The notes beneath the pieces are model-generated. The model was not told the DNA's origin. It was given only the letters and a program-made list of their open reading frames with translations, and ran no database searches. Below are positions 38,546 to 51,400 of a stretch of 64,000 bases of DNA, piece after piece (within the stretch, counting starts at the first letter, position 1; each line of letters starts with the position of its first letter). Origin of the DNA: Lama glama. Taxonomy: Eukaryota. Where the stretch lies: contig CM052817.1 of NCBI GenBank assembly GCA_028534125.1, forward strand, positions 72,418,001-72,482,000. Direction: 5' to 3'. A program made the position numbers and the translations under genes.

Positions 38546-41470
38546 GTAATATGGACTTTCATTCTAAAAATATTTATTCTCTCATTTGCCCTTTGCTAAT
38601 AGATATTAACTAATTTTAGATATTTTAGATCCAGGTCATGATAATTTTTTCTTTCTAAAGTGGTTATCTTTTATTATCATTATAAGAGAAAACAGACTGA
38701 AGGTAACAAAATTCCAAAATATGGATGTTTAAACTATGAAAAGGAAAAGTCTCTTTCCTACATTCATTTCTAGTTTTTTATTCTTTGATGGTTATTTAAA
38801 TAATTCAAATAACTATGCTTATACCTTAATTTCTAAACATACACATTTAGATATTATCAATAGTTTCACCTCAATAAAAATATTAATTATACTGCCTTAC
38901 CCCACTATATTCCTTCTCCTAAAAATAGTATGCAGATACTTTTTAACTTCTTTCATTTTTTATTTTAGTACATAATACCTTAAGTAATGTATTCAAACCT
39001 CCATTTCTCATTCCGTCATTGCAGATTATATTTCCTGACTCCCTGGTATGGAAGATATAAATGACAGGTTGCAGCAGGTCTAGAAAGTGACCATGCCATC
39101 TGTGTTAAAGCAGAAAATCAGAGGCTTTGAGATAAAGGTCCTCAGGAAAGAGTGGATTCGTTTGATCTGGTATAATTAAGTAGGTCTGTGTTCACAATGA
39201 TAAAGTATAGCTAAATGTTGCTTTCTACAGACAAGAGAAAAGAAAGACAATTGGAAATTCCAGGGGGAGAGGAACTATAAAATAACACCATGAGCCTAAT
39301 ATAAGCGAAACTAAGATGTTATGTGACTCAGCGACCAGTGGAGTACATTTCCTATTCAACAGACCTACCTAATCAAATAAACTTAATTCTGATCTAAATA
39401 ACATTTTATACTATTATATTTTAAACTCTTTACTTGCTTTCAATGATCAGAATCATCTTATAGATTTTTGAAGTAAGGAAAGTGATTCTAGTTACAACAG
39501 AAGATCTAATTACAATAAAAGGTAATGGTATGACAGAAGAAGAAGGCTGTGGAAACAAGGAAAGGTAGAGAAGTCGGGGTACGATAATAAATAACGATTT
39601 TTAGGAGAAAGAAGTTCTAGAGGACAGTCACTAAAATAAATAAAATTGATGTAATATCCACATGTTTTAATACTTCTGAAATAAAATTTTCTCAAAAATT
39701 ACTTAAATTAATTATTAACAGATCCCAAATTCATGTTCCTAAATTATTTCCGTTTATGGAAATTAATAATTTTTGGTTAACCAGAAAATTTTCATAGTTT
39801 TATGCTACTGTTAAACAAATTTTTCAGGGAAATTGGGTTTTCTATGTTACATTAGGAATTCCAACTTTAAAAATTCCCTTCAAAAATATGTACTGAAAAA
39901 ATAAATAAATAAGAGATTACATTTATAATCTCAAACAAATCCTTCCCATCATTTCACAATACCAATGCTACTAAAATTATTCACATATTCATATATATAT
40001 TTATTCATATATATATGTGCATACATAAGTATGTGTATATCATCATGTAGTCTGAACACGAATGAAATATAGCAGAGAGTGAACAATTACACTATGAAAC
40101 AAACTAAGATTATTTTTTTAAATAGGGGATCTCATTTTTAATTTTATAAAATTTTAATTTAATAATCTATAGTAATTGATATTTGGTAACTTGCCTAGCA
40201 GATGAAATGAATGTAAATAATCAAAGAGTTTATAAAACCACTGTTGGGCCCTGATGTTCACATATGTCCTGAGTATCTTGAGGTTGGATGCCTGGGACCC
40301 CACAACTGTTACTCACATGCAATCTGTCAGACAGGAACAGGCGGACCTGTTAGAGTTTCAGTATATCCAAAACTTTGTAACATCATTTTTAATGAAAACT
40401 TACATTCTTTTAATAGCCTTATTTTCAAGGGTATACATTCCTTTTATGAGGATTAAAGTTTGAAAATTAATCCATGTCATGGGTCATTCCATTAAAATTA
40501 ATTCTAAATCTGGATCTTAAACAGAATGGCATAATGGAAAGTATAAGAGCTGACATGAGCGATCTAGGTTTCTGCATTCAGATTTCTAGACTTCAGCAAT
40601 CTCATCTCTAAGATAAAGCATTGATTAGATAGTCTCTAAAATCTCTTGAAAAATCAAACATCCCATTGTATTTAAAGAATGGGAAGGCAGACTGGAGGTG
40701 TCTCTTTGAAGGGTCAAAGGAGATAGTTCCTTCCTCAATATTTTCTTTGTTCCCTGTTATCTTAAAAGAATTAAAAAGTAACTTCTCTCTAGAAAAACAA
40801 AATTGAATATCTTAATATTAAATAAACTTAAAACATTATTTAAAATTATAAACTATATGATTTTGAGTAATAACAGTTAAAAAACTATACCTCTAGAAAA
40901 TTACTCCAAAAGATACAGATTTTACATAATCTACTTTGTTTCCTATAAGTCATTCATAAACTTAGTTTCCTTTCATTTTGGGGGTGTTTTTATTTTAACA
41001 CTGGCTTGATCATGCTTATGAGTATTTATCATCATTCTTTTAGAAAGGTACCTCTCAAACAATGTAAACCCAAATAGAGAATCGATAAAAATCAGGGATT
41101 GCTTTATAAAGAAAGTTTTTTCTTTTTGCAGTTTAAAAAAATGAATCTCAAAATAGAAACAAAAGATTTTGAGTCACACAGCATGTAAACAGAATATTTT
41201 CTTCTGGTCCTAACTTTAATACATGGAACACTAGGAGAACACACATTTAAATTGCATGATCCCAAGAGAAACCGCTTTCAGAAACCATTCAGTAATCCCT
41301 TCCTTTTTAACACTGAAAAATAAAAGGACATAAGTCTGTGAAAGCTCAAGTTTTAAGATGCCTGGTGCAACTGAAATTTTTTTGTAGAAATTTTCCTGTC
41401 TCTCTATATTTTATCTTACAGAAATTGCTGCAATAGGAATAGATTTGAAACAAGAAGAAAGTCCACTGGA

Positions 41471-41552
41471 TTTTTTTTTTTACAACAGCTCTGTTGAGAT
41501 AAAATTCATATACCATAAAATTCACTACTTTAAAGTACACAATTCAGTGGTC
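41471..41552 (-). mobile_element. Short L1MB-type 3' tail
   Basis: Poly-T then aacagctctgttgagataaaattcatataccataaaattcac...aagtacacaattcagtgg. Confidence 0.8.
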
Positions 41553-42269
41553 CTATTGGATTTTAACAGGTTAGTAAACTCCAATATTATACCCTGATTT
41601 AATAATGCTACAAATATAAACAAAAACAAGAAGGAAAACAGAATCCTGGATGAAAAATAAGTGTGGTAAGGAAATTCCATTATATTGATAAAAGTTTTAT
41701 ATTCTTAGAAGAAGTGGACTATTTCAGATAAAGGGGTTAAATATCTCAAAGCCATGAAGAAAATGAGAAGATACTTCTGAAGCAATAGTAAAGACAACTA
41801 ACTAATAAAGAAATATCCCAAATTTGTAAATTATAAAAAAGTTGAATTGAAACATGTGTTTATCAACAAGACCTACCTCTGGTCTCTAATAACACAAATG
41901 GCTTTAGATTTTTTCCTACTTTCCTATGTTTTCTATATTGATTTAGCTTTTTAATAATCAGAAGTAAACACTATTAAAATTGCACAATCTCTTCAATATT
42001 GCATAGGAAAACAAAACAAAATTTGGCCTTCTTTTCCCTCTATTCTCCAATGCCAAAGTTAAAAAAAAAGTTACACAGTAAATCATAGTTTTGCCTTTCT
42101 CAGAAGGCTGACATGGGCTGCCTTTAGAAAGAAATTCAAAGGACACAGCTTTCACAATCTGATTCCATTTTCTGTTTGCAAATTTATCTCCCAATTGTTC
42201 TTCCAATGAGTCAATTTTATAATTGTCTTCTGAACAAATCAAATAAACTCTTATGTAAATATTTGTTCA

Positions 42270-42600
42270 AGAAGCCCTCCCACTTACTCTCTCCGAACCA
42301 TTTATCCAGGTTCTATTCTCACTTCTGCTTCAAGATCAAGTCCTATCTTTTCCCTCCCTCTCTGAGTATGTCTATATAGCATCCTCTCTTCTCTAAATCT
42401 CTGTAGTATTTGTTTCTGTAACTCTTATTTCAGCACTAAGTTACATACAACTTTGCCCTGTTGTTGTAGCCTCCATGTTTAATGTGCATTTTTTTCCCAC
42501 TAGACTATAAGCTATTGAAAGGTTTGAATTCATCTTTTTCATTACTAAAAGTTGTATGTCCATGCAGAGATGTCTAATAAGAACCTATTGATTTAACTGA
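42270..42600 (+). mobile_element. LINE L2 3' fragment
   Basis: tcaagaagccctcc...cccactagactataagctattgaaagg. Confidence 0.6.
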
Positions 42601-44149
42601 GTACATAAAAGAAAGCAAGAGTTCATTACTTTTGGAAGTATCATACCTGGTACGTGGGGAGAAAAGAGAAAGTCATACCAAAGAAGATAAGAACTATATG
42701 TCCAGTAAGACTTCAAGGGACTAGTAAAGCCTTGGGCAATTAAATACATAAATTCCAGTAAGAACTATATGTAAAAAAGACACATCTGCCATTGCAAGTT
42801 CAAGGACTGGATTTAAAATCATTTTCCCCCTTAGGATTGTTAGGAGTCAGAGGAAGCAGGAGAAGGAGACACGGGCGGTAAGTACCATTAACCAAAGCCA
42901 AATCAGAGCTCCATCCCTCACTGTCCTTCAAGTAAAAGTAAGATAATCAATTAATAAAGATCAATTGGACCATTAATAGAGGTGCTACAAGAAGGCTGGG
43001 AAAGTGAGGGAGGTTCAGTAATCATGGTCAGATCCCAAAGCACTGGGAGACGTGGCCCTGGAGCAGGAGATTGTTACTGTGGACTTGTATTTGATGCAGA
43101 AATCCAATTATGGGGACCAGAGCAGCAAGGTCAGAATACTGAGAAAGAAATTCAATACTTTTTCCAAACTAGAGACAAAATTTAAACTAAAGGTTGGATT
43201 GGAGCTCAGCCTGCAGCTGGGGAACAAGCAGAGCAAACTGCCATGACATGAGTACAAATACAAAACCTATTAGAGGAGGCTTCCATTGACCAAATTTTTA
43301 ATAGACAAATTCATCTTGTGCCTGCAATCTGCAGTTAACATTTATATTTTCCCCTTTTGCCTTACTTCCTGATAACTGAATCTTGAACAGAGTGATGCAG
43401 TGACCGAAACAGTTGGAATGGATTCATTCTGAGAGAAGTACCCTGACTTTCCTTTAGTCTTTCCCTAGAACCTGGGATTGTCCCAGATTCCTGTCCTTCC
43501 TAAGATAAACTCTGCTTTTGCTCTAATTCTGTAAGCTATTTATATCCTTTTACTGCATTCCTTCTTTGTGAAGGTAATTAGAATTGGACAGATTTGAACC
43601 AATGTCACTAACTCATGTGTAATCTTATAAAACAATGTCAAATAATGTTCATTCATATCTGTGTTTAGAGTTGTACGCATTAAGCATGTAAGACTAAAAT
43701 ATTATTAATTTCACCAAATACCATCACTAATATTTTACACAAGGAAAGCAGCAAACACTGACTTTATAGACCAGTTATTCTTAAACAGTGATATGTTTCT
43801 TTCATTATATAATCTCCTTTTGTATCTGTACCTTAGTGTTTAGAAAAGTACTTGGCACATAGTGAGACTCTGCTAAACGTTTATTGAGTAAGTGTGTTTC
43901 TTTAAGGAATACTTCACCTGTCCATTAAATCCAATCACGATCTATGTTCCTAAGAACTTAAGTAATACAGAGACTTTTACTTGATGCTAAAGAGTTAAGG
44001 ATTTATTATCAAAGCAAATTGTTAATGATATTGAAAAAGGAAATGTGTAAGTAAAGTGCTGAGAATAATTTAAAAACTAATTATCAGAAAGATTAGGCTG
44101 TTGGCTAGAAACTTTGACCCGCTGTATGTATGTGCTTGCTCACCTAAAA

Positions 44150-44492
44150 AGTGCTAGGCAGTCCCAGTGAGATGGGTCTTACATGCTCCGTGCGTACCTC
44201 CTGCCTCAATTTAAGAACAGGGAACTGTGAGCGGCAGTACTCTGGCTGATATTAATTGCCAGGCCCAGGGAAAGAGGCAATTTATCAGATAACTGGGTCC
44301 CAAGCCATACAGGGTCTTAGAGATTAAAATGATCACCTTGAATTGCACTCAGAAGCGAAAAGGCAATCAGCGCAGACAGCAGAGCACAGGTGTAACATGC
44401 TTCATGTAGCCAATCTAGTTAAGCAAGCGGCCCACAGCATTTTCAGGGTCTGAAGCTTCCGAGTGGTCTCTTAAGTGTTGTTCCACACGAAG
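44150..44492 (-). mobile_element. Ancient L2-clade LINE ORF2 C-terminal remnant, well preserved (candidate exapted element)
   Basis: Minus-strand translation TTRKLQTL/NAVGRLLN*IGYMKHVTPVLCCLR*LPFRF*VQFKVIILISKTLYGLGPSYLINCLFP matches L2 ORF2 KLQLVQNAAARLL...HITPVL..LHWLPV.FRVQFKVL.L..KAL.GLGP.YL; KTHL-like end near 44175. Confidence 0.85.
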
Positions 44493-45337
44493 CTTGGAGC
44501 TTGAATTGAATACAAATGTTCACGTGTTTGAGGATGTCTCCTGGAAGAAATGATTTTTAAAGAGAAAACAAATGAAAACCCCTATGAAACAGGCTCCAGA
44601 GAATTTGCTAAAATCAAAGGGCACCAGTAAACCAAAACGTGCTATTAAAATAATGAGCAGGAGAGTTTTAAGACATTATGTCCAACACATCTGTAAGTTC
44701 TTATAACATTCATACTTCCTTCCCAAACTGGAAAACCACTGGAGACATTAGTGTGCTGACTATGTCCACCCAGAGTTCATCCTCACTTTTTAAGGTGGGA
44801 AATAGTGTTTACTATCACAATTGAAGTCAGAGCTGAACAAACTCATTTAATAATGGAAGCATGTGGACAGGCTCCCACAAGGGCACAGGGTCCTTCTAAT
44901 ATCCAGGGGTCAGTGTAAGAAGCACATTGGATAAACACGAGAGAATGGCTCGTGGTTTAAGTATCAGGTTCGACATTTTGAGACTCCTTTGGACATTCGG
45001 TTTAAATCCCCTTGTGGTTAGTAGAGCCTTTCAGTGGTAGATAAACTCAATTTCTGCCTTTGCTTTTATGATCTGTAGTTCCCTGCCTCTCTGCTCTGCT
45101 TTGGTGGAACACAGAAGTCCCATATGTACCTTATCTGCAGTGGGAGCACATGCTGAGGGCCTTACTGATTTACCTTCACACCGAAACCCATAGCTAGGAG
45201 AAAGCAGACCCCAGGACAGGCTTCTATTTCTAGAAACTAGAGGTAGAAAGTTTTATTTTCCATATTCAAAACCATAGACAGAAAAGATTTTACTGAAATA
45301 TGACTCATTTTCCCAGTACTACTTAATATTAGAAGGC

Positions 45338-45415
45338 ATTGAATCACTATGTTGTACACCTGAAATTAATATAATGTTGAAAGTCAATTATACTTCAATA
45401 AAAAGGGGGAAAAAG
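45338..45415 (+). mobile_element. Short L1 3' tail
   Basis: attgaatcactatgttgtacacctgaaattaatataatgttg...gtcaattatacttcaataaaaa. Confidence 0.8.
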
Positions 45416-46558
45416 AAAGTCAAATCATAAAAAAGCATTCAGATATTAAATAGGTGCTCCTGATAATTTCTAGAAAATTCAAACTGCAATTTAATATATA
45501 ATTATTGAAAGCAAAGCAAAGTATTTGCTCTGAGAAGGAACATCGTTCCTACCGTGTTGACATAACGAGAAGGGTCATCAAAAATTGCAAAATACAGGAG
45601 AGAGATACAAAACAAACTGCTTAACACAGAAAGTACGGGTGGCCTGTTATCTTCGCCAAGAAAAATGCTTAAAGTAACTATTAACACTTCTGAAAGAAAC
45701 TGTCACTATGAAACAGTCTTAGAGCCACAGATGTTTGCCAATTATCATCACACGTGATAATTTCAAAGTTATTCAGAAGTGACTAAGGACGATTCATTTA
45801 GAATCACCTTTCTCAGTAACACATTGACACTGTTCTTCACTGTATTCAAATTTCAAACTCAATTAATTTAGCCTAATAATTAGAATCCTTTGAGTATAGT
45901 TTAAATCAAAACAAAGTCATCTAATGCTTGTTCATTTTCTTTCATGATGCTATTAGAGTGATCTTTGATTCCTTACCAGCTTTAGAGCCAAGTGTATGCT
46001 TTCCTTAACTTATATTTATCTGGAAGATTTATCTATTTGTCTAGAAGACTTGCACTATTTTATAATGTTTTCTTGACAAATGCTTGAACTTGGGAAAAAA
46101 ATTCATGTAAGCTTTGTCTCATTAACTGATAAAAAACAGCAGAAATAAGTGAAAATATTAAGGTCCCTGGCTTCTTTAGTAATCTTTAATAAGGAAAAAA
46201 ATTATGTACATTGAGAAACTATCTTTATACTGGGATACATACAGAGTTCATAGCTACTCAGTCACTGATGTCAACTTTAGCTAATGTGATGCTATATGCG
46301 TTAATACATTAATATTGATAAGAATATATATGTTTCAATACACTGATTCTCAGGGTGTGGCGAACTGTGTTAAGATTATAATGAAGATATATATTCATAT
46401 ATGTATATGTATAACATATATATTCTTCTTAGAACTTCCTAGTCCTAATTTTTGCCCTATTTCTCTTGCGAGTTTCAGGAAGATCAAACCCAGGCACCTC
46501 TTCCTTATCTTTCTATGTCCGAGAGAGAATAGTCAGGTGCTATAAAGGAAGTCTAGAG

Positions 46559-46722
46559 CGGTGTTGTCCAACAGTACTTTCTGCAATGCCCAAAATGTTC
46601 TACAATCCGTGGCATCCAATACGGTAGCCATGAGTTTTATGCAGCTATTAAGCACCTGGAAGATGGCTCGTGGGACTAAAGAACTGAGCTTTTATTTTTA
46701 TCTAACTTGAATTTATTTAAAT
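46559..46722 (+). mobile_element. MER3 (hAT-Charlie), right end missing
   Basis: cggtgttgtccaacagtactttctgcaatg...tccaatacggtagcca...gctattaagcacctggaagatggct...gaactga. Confidence 0.85.
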
Positions 46723-46757
46723 CTGATTTCTGGAAATCTCATTTGGTTCACAACTTG

Positions 46758-46928
46758 CTTATGTAAATAACTTTTTATTAAAACAGTCATTTCCATTTAT
46801 TTACATACTGTCTATAGCTACACTTGTGCTAAACAGCAGAGTAAAATTATTTCTATGGAGACTGTATGACCCACAAAATCAAAAACACATATTATCTCAT
46901 CCTTTATAGAAAAAGTTTTCTGACTCTG
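46758..46928 (+). mobile_element. MER58-like (hAT-Charlie), left end missing
   Basis: tgtaaataactttttattaaaac...gagactgtatgacccacaaa...cctttatagaaaaagttttctgactctg. Confidence 0.85.
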
Positions 46929-47219
46929 CTCTAGAGGATTCTTTTCAGTTTGGGACTGTTCAGGGATTTCCAGCTGTCTAACTGAGTTTTATGAGCTCTT
47001 CAAAATGGTAGAGAACCTCTAACCACAACCCTCCCTGACTTGACAGTTTGATTAAAGTTGTAGAAATTTCTTGATGTCCTTTATATTCTAGATAAATGTA
47101 TTCCAGGCTTATTTTGCCTTTCATAACTTGTGACGTACACCAACTGGGAGGTTTTCTAGGAGGAAGTGGAAAGGTTTGGTTTATTAGAGAGCATTGACTA
47201 ACTGAGAATAGGAAAGACA

Positions 47220-47330
47220 TCCCTTATCCATCTATGCATCTCTAATGAGCACATAGGAGGTGCTCTGTAACTACTGGTTGAATGACTGAATGAATGAATG
47301 AAGTGTACGGATGAATCAAATAAATGAATC
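47220..47330 (+). mobile_element. LINE L2 3' end with (TGAA)n tail
   Basis: gcacataggaggtgctctgtaactactggttgaatgactgaatgaatgaatgaa. Confidence 0.75.
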
Positions 47331-48039
47331 TCACTACCCTCAAAAATAGTAACAGGTCATCTTGTGCTTTCTTCTACTACTGGAATGTTTCTGTCATATT
47401 TATCACTAATAGGACAAAAACTCATGAAGATTATGTGTAAGAATCACATTATCAAAACAGATTCAGATTAATTTCTCCTTTAAAATAATTTGCAATTAGA
47501 AAACGTAAAACTCTTTTTTAAAGTTTATATTACTAACATCAATAATTAGATGCTTTACATGAATAAATTAGTTCCCTGGCTAAACAAATTTGGGCCACAG
47601 GTGTCATTATGATGCCATTTTGGAAAAAAAAAATCTATCTTTTCTTTCTATACTGAATTTTGATTGGTTTATCATCCCCTGCTCCATACACAATCATTTC
47701 ATACAGTTCATTATCTTCATTTCTTTCAGGAGATGCTAGTAAATGGTATACTTGCAATATGATATAAAATTATATACAGGTTTTTTTAAAGTGATAATTA
47801 AAAGAAAGAGGCATTGGCAGCTTTCTTAAAAGTCAGTTTCCTTCTTATATATGCAAATCAAAATACCAATGATAGCATTTATTGGTTAAAAAAATGCAAA
47901 GCTAATGTTCTATTTGACAAAAATTTTTCTGTCGAATAAGCTTTTAGTCATTATCATCTGTAACAAGAAATTGTATTTTAGGTGGACTTTAACTCTTGGT
48001 TCCCTCTGTAGTATACACTGCTCTATACTCCTGAGACTT

Positions 48040-48310
48040 GACTCATTTTCTCCCATGTATTGGGAACACTCTTTCCCTTTATTTATCTGGCCAACTTCTA
48101 AGCATCCTTTAAGATTGGACTGGGCATTGTCTTCTTTAAAAAATCCGAGGCAGAACTGAGTGCCCCTTCCAGGTGCTCCCACAGCACCTATACATCTTTC
48201 AATCAGTGAACTTGCTTCTTTCCTGAATCAAAATCATCTCTTAATGTTTATCTCTCCACCTAGATTTCGAGCTGCTTGTAAGTTCCTTGAAGGCAAAGAT
48301 TCAATTCTAG
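48040..48310 (+). mobile_element. LINE L2 fragment
   Basis: atctggccaacttctaagcatcctttaaga...gtgctcccacagcacct...gtaagttccttgaaggcaaaga. Confidence 0.7.
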
Positions 48311-49144
48311 TGGGTACTTATTAAATAAAACAGAATCCATTCAACACAGAGACAGAAATCTGCCTAAAATCACTAAGCGATTATGTGAATCAGTTTTTAG
48401 TAGGCAAGTCTCCAAATAAACGACATTCATATGAATGATAATAGAGAGGCAGGTGTGACATATTTCTGAAATTGAAATTTTTAGTGAATTTCTGAAAAGG
48501 GTCCCTAGAGTCATAATCCAAGTTTAAAAAGCATGCATTTTTAAAATCTATTTTATGTAGATAATTTTGGGACACTGAGTTTGTTAACTTTATAAATTAT
48601 ATTGTAAACTTACTTGACAAATAAATTTGGGGTCTACTTCAGTTTTAATCCCACTTTATTAAATTTATCTCCATGTAACATTTCACCCTAACACCTATTT
48701 CCTCTTTTAAAATTTCTTTTTTCTTTATTTTCATCACTGTTTTGATATTTATTTATTTACCATCTTTTAAAAATTATTTTTCTCCTTTTTAACTCTCTTG
48801 TATTTAGACATCTTTCCTCATCTCTCTATCAGTACTCTAAAAAAACCCCACACTATCCTATATAGAGTTTCTCAAATTCAGTCCCAAGCACATTTATAAC
48901 TGTTTGCAAGGCATCTCCACTAGGCTGTACTGCCAATATCTACAATGCAACACTATCTAAAATGCAGCAAGACTTTAACCACACTTTTCATCTGGGCATC
49001 TACCTCCCTCCTCCAACCTTACTCTAAAGATCCTCTCATCCTAAATTTTTTTTTTTGATTAATCATACTACCTAAGTTTGAACCTTGAAGTACTCATTGG
49101 CCTCCCCAACCCAAACAGCAGTCTCTCTCTCACACACACACGAC

Positions 49145-49290
49145 TAAATTTATTGTGCACTTTATATGGTCTAGGCCATGTTTAATAGGCATATATATAT
49201 ATATTTATCACCCACAACAACCCTATACAATAAGTATCTTGTCTCCATGTTACATATTAGAAAACTGAAGCTTGTCAAGGTCTCACAGCA
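49145..49290 (-). mobile_element. MIR SINE
   Basis: tttattgtgcacttta...cacaacaaccctat...ccatgttacatattagaaaactgaagct...caaggtctcacagc. Confidence 0.7.
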
Positions 49291-51179
49291 GTGCAAATAT
49301 CCATTATTTTGTGCCTCCAACAATTATGGGTCACATCACTGACTATTCAGAGGTGGTGAGAGAAGTTCCCCCATTTATGGTACACTCACAAACTTAAGAA
49401 GGGTGGTGAGGGTGTGACTGGTAACATGGAAAGGGGTGATGTGATTAAATCCATGGGATGTTAACTTTTCAATGGTGGGGGAAGGAGCTTGGAAAAGGCT
49501 AAGTGCTCAGGTTGCTGACTGGTGACTTTTCCTTGGTGAGAGCCTAGGAGAGAAGCTGAGAAAGCCAGGAGGCTGGGGCAGCAGTATCCTTATTGCTTCC
49601 CATAGCCCTCTCAGGTTGTGAGTTTCAAAGCAGGGCCAGAAGTGTGCTCTAGTGGCCCTCCCTTTATGTCACTGGCGATACCAGGAAGGCTGCAGCCAAG
49701 CTGTCTTGTCTTCACCTGCAGGGGTGCTGAATGACCACCATTCCAACTGCCCCTTCAAGCAACTGCTCTTCATTCCGCTAATCAGAGTTTCATCTTTTTA
49801 GGCAGAAGATAGATGCTAGATTTCACTCTTTTTTGTCCTTACTTGTTGCATAGGGAAAGGGATACAAATGACATATCCATCCTGACAGTCTTCTTCCGGG
49901 GTGTAAACAAAAGGAAGAAAGCCTACGACAGAGTCTCTTCAGAGGCAGCTCTGCAAAGTGAAAACCTCACCTTGACTTAACTCCATTTTTGCAGTCTTAT
50001 CCTAAAGTCTGCTAATCACCAAACTTGCCCAAGTTACTGCCTCTAGACGGCATCTAATTGCATTTCCTATGCCTGAACTATCTCTCCATCCCACATATAC
50101 CTAGATAAATTCCATCTATTCTTTGAGGTTTATTTCAAAAATCATTTCCTGTTATGAACCTTACTTGACGTTTCATCTACAGCATTTGCATTAACTGTTG
50201 TGTAACAGCATTTTCTGCCTTTCTTTGTGGTTATTTGTACCCATATCTAATCTCCCCTAACTAATCCCCTGTTCCCTGAGATTTCAAATGGCGCAAAGGT
50301 TCTAAGGAAAAACTACCAGTTAAATTCCATGAAATCACAGCTTTGAAGTAATGTACAACTACTGCCTTTCTGAAATGGAACAGTATAGTGCTGTGGTTTG
50401 CATGTGATTAAGTTAGCGCTTTCGATGTTCTACAGAAGGATTTTCCCCGTTCTGGGGAAAATGGAGGCAAAATTCTTTTACTGTTTCAGCTCTGCTTTCT
50501 TCTCCATCCACTGTTTCCCATTGTTCCTCCCCTTCTCTCGTTCTCAACCCTGGGATTCCCAGTGTAGAATTTAAAGATTACAGATTAACTGCAATACAGT
50601 TTTGGAGGCATACACTACAGAACCATAAAGATAAATGTGTTAACTATTCCATTGCTCTACCAAGAAAATAAAATGCTTTTGCTTCCATCTAAACATTCAG
50701 CCACCACAGGACAAAATTCATGACGTATTTTCAGAGTTCTTATGGATTCCCTCTGGAAAGATGTACTCAGAGTGTCTCAAATGTATTTTAGGTCAATTTA
50801 CAGTTAGAGCAGCCTTGTTCAGGTTTGACAGGGAGAATATCAAATTCTATTGAATTTCAAGTTGCCAAAGTGTTCTTAGACAGCCATTCTGTTTAATACT
50901 GGAGGATGCATCACAACTGTCAGGTAATTTTGCAATTTGCCTATTACTGGGTGTCATTTCTAAGGAATAGATTTTTTTTTGAAAAATAATTCTAATAAAA
51001 ATTTTATAGAGATTTTTCTAACAGAAAAATTCTAGGCTGAAAAGGGACTCTAGATTTTTGACATTACCTGGGTAGTATAAATAAACCACAGTGGTAACAC
51101 AGGAATGAAAATTCATATTCAAATACCATATAAATATTTGGAATTTGAGTTTTAAGTTTATATCTTCTTTACGCAGATG

Positions 51180-51400
51180 AGGTATAAGAATTGGATTCAG
51201 ACAGGCATAGGTTCAAACTCTGACTCAGCCAATTTTTTGCCAAATAACCTTAGACAATCTGCTTAAATTCCTGAGCTTCAGTTTCCTTATCCATAAAATA
51301 AAGTTAATAGCCAATGACAGGATGGAATACGATAGTCTATGTAAAATGTTTAGTGCAGTATTTGGTGCTAATCATTCCCCCATAAATGGAGATACTAATC
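51180..51400 (+). mobile_element. MIR SINE
   Basis: cagacaggcataggttcaaactctgactcagcca...ctgagcttcagtttccttatccataaaat...tatgtaaaatgtttag. Confidence 0.8.

Noticed and set aside
49290..49750. Possible old LTR; similar weak repeat candidates at 8800-9150, 50870-51095 and 58430-58850
   Set aside because: Too degraded to assign by eye; needs RepeatMasker.
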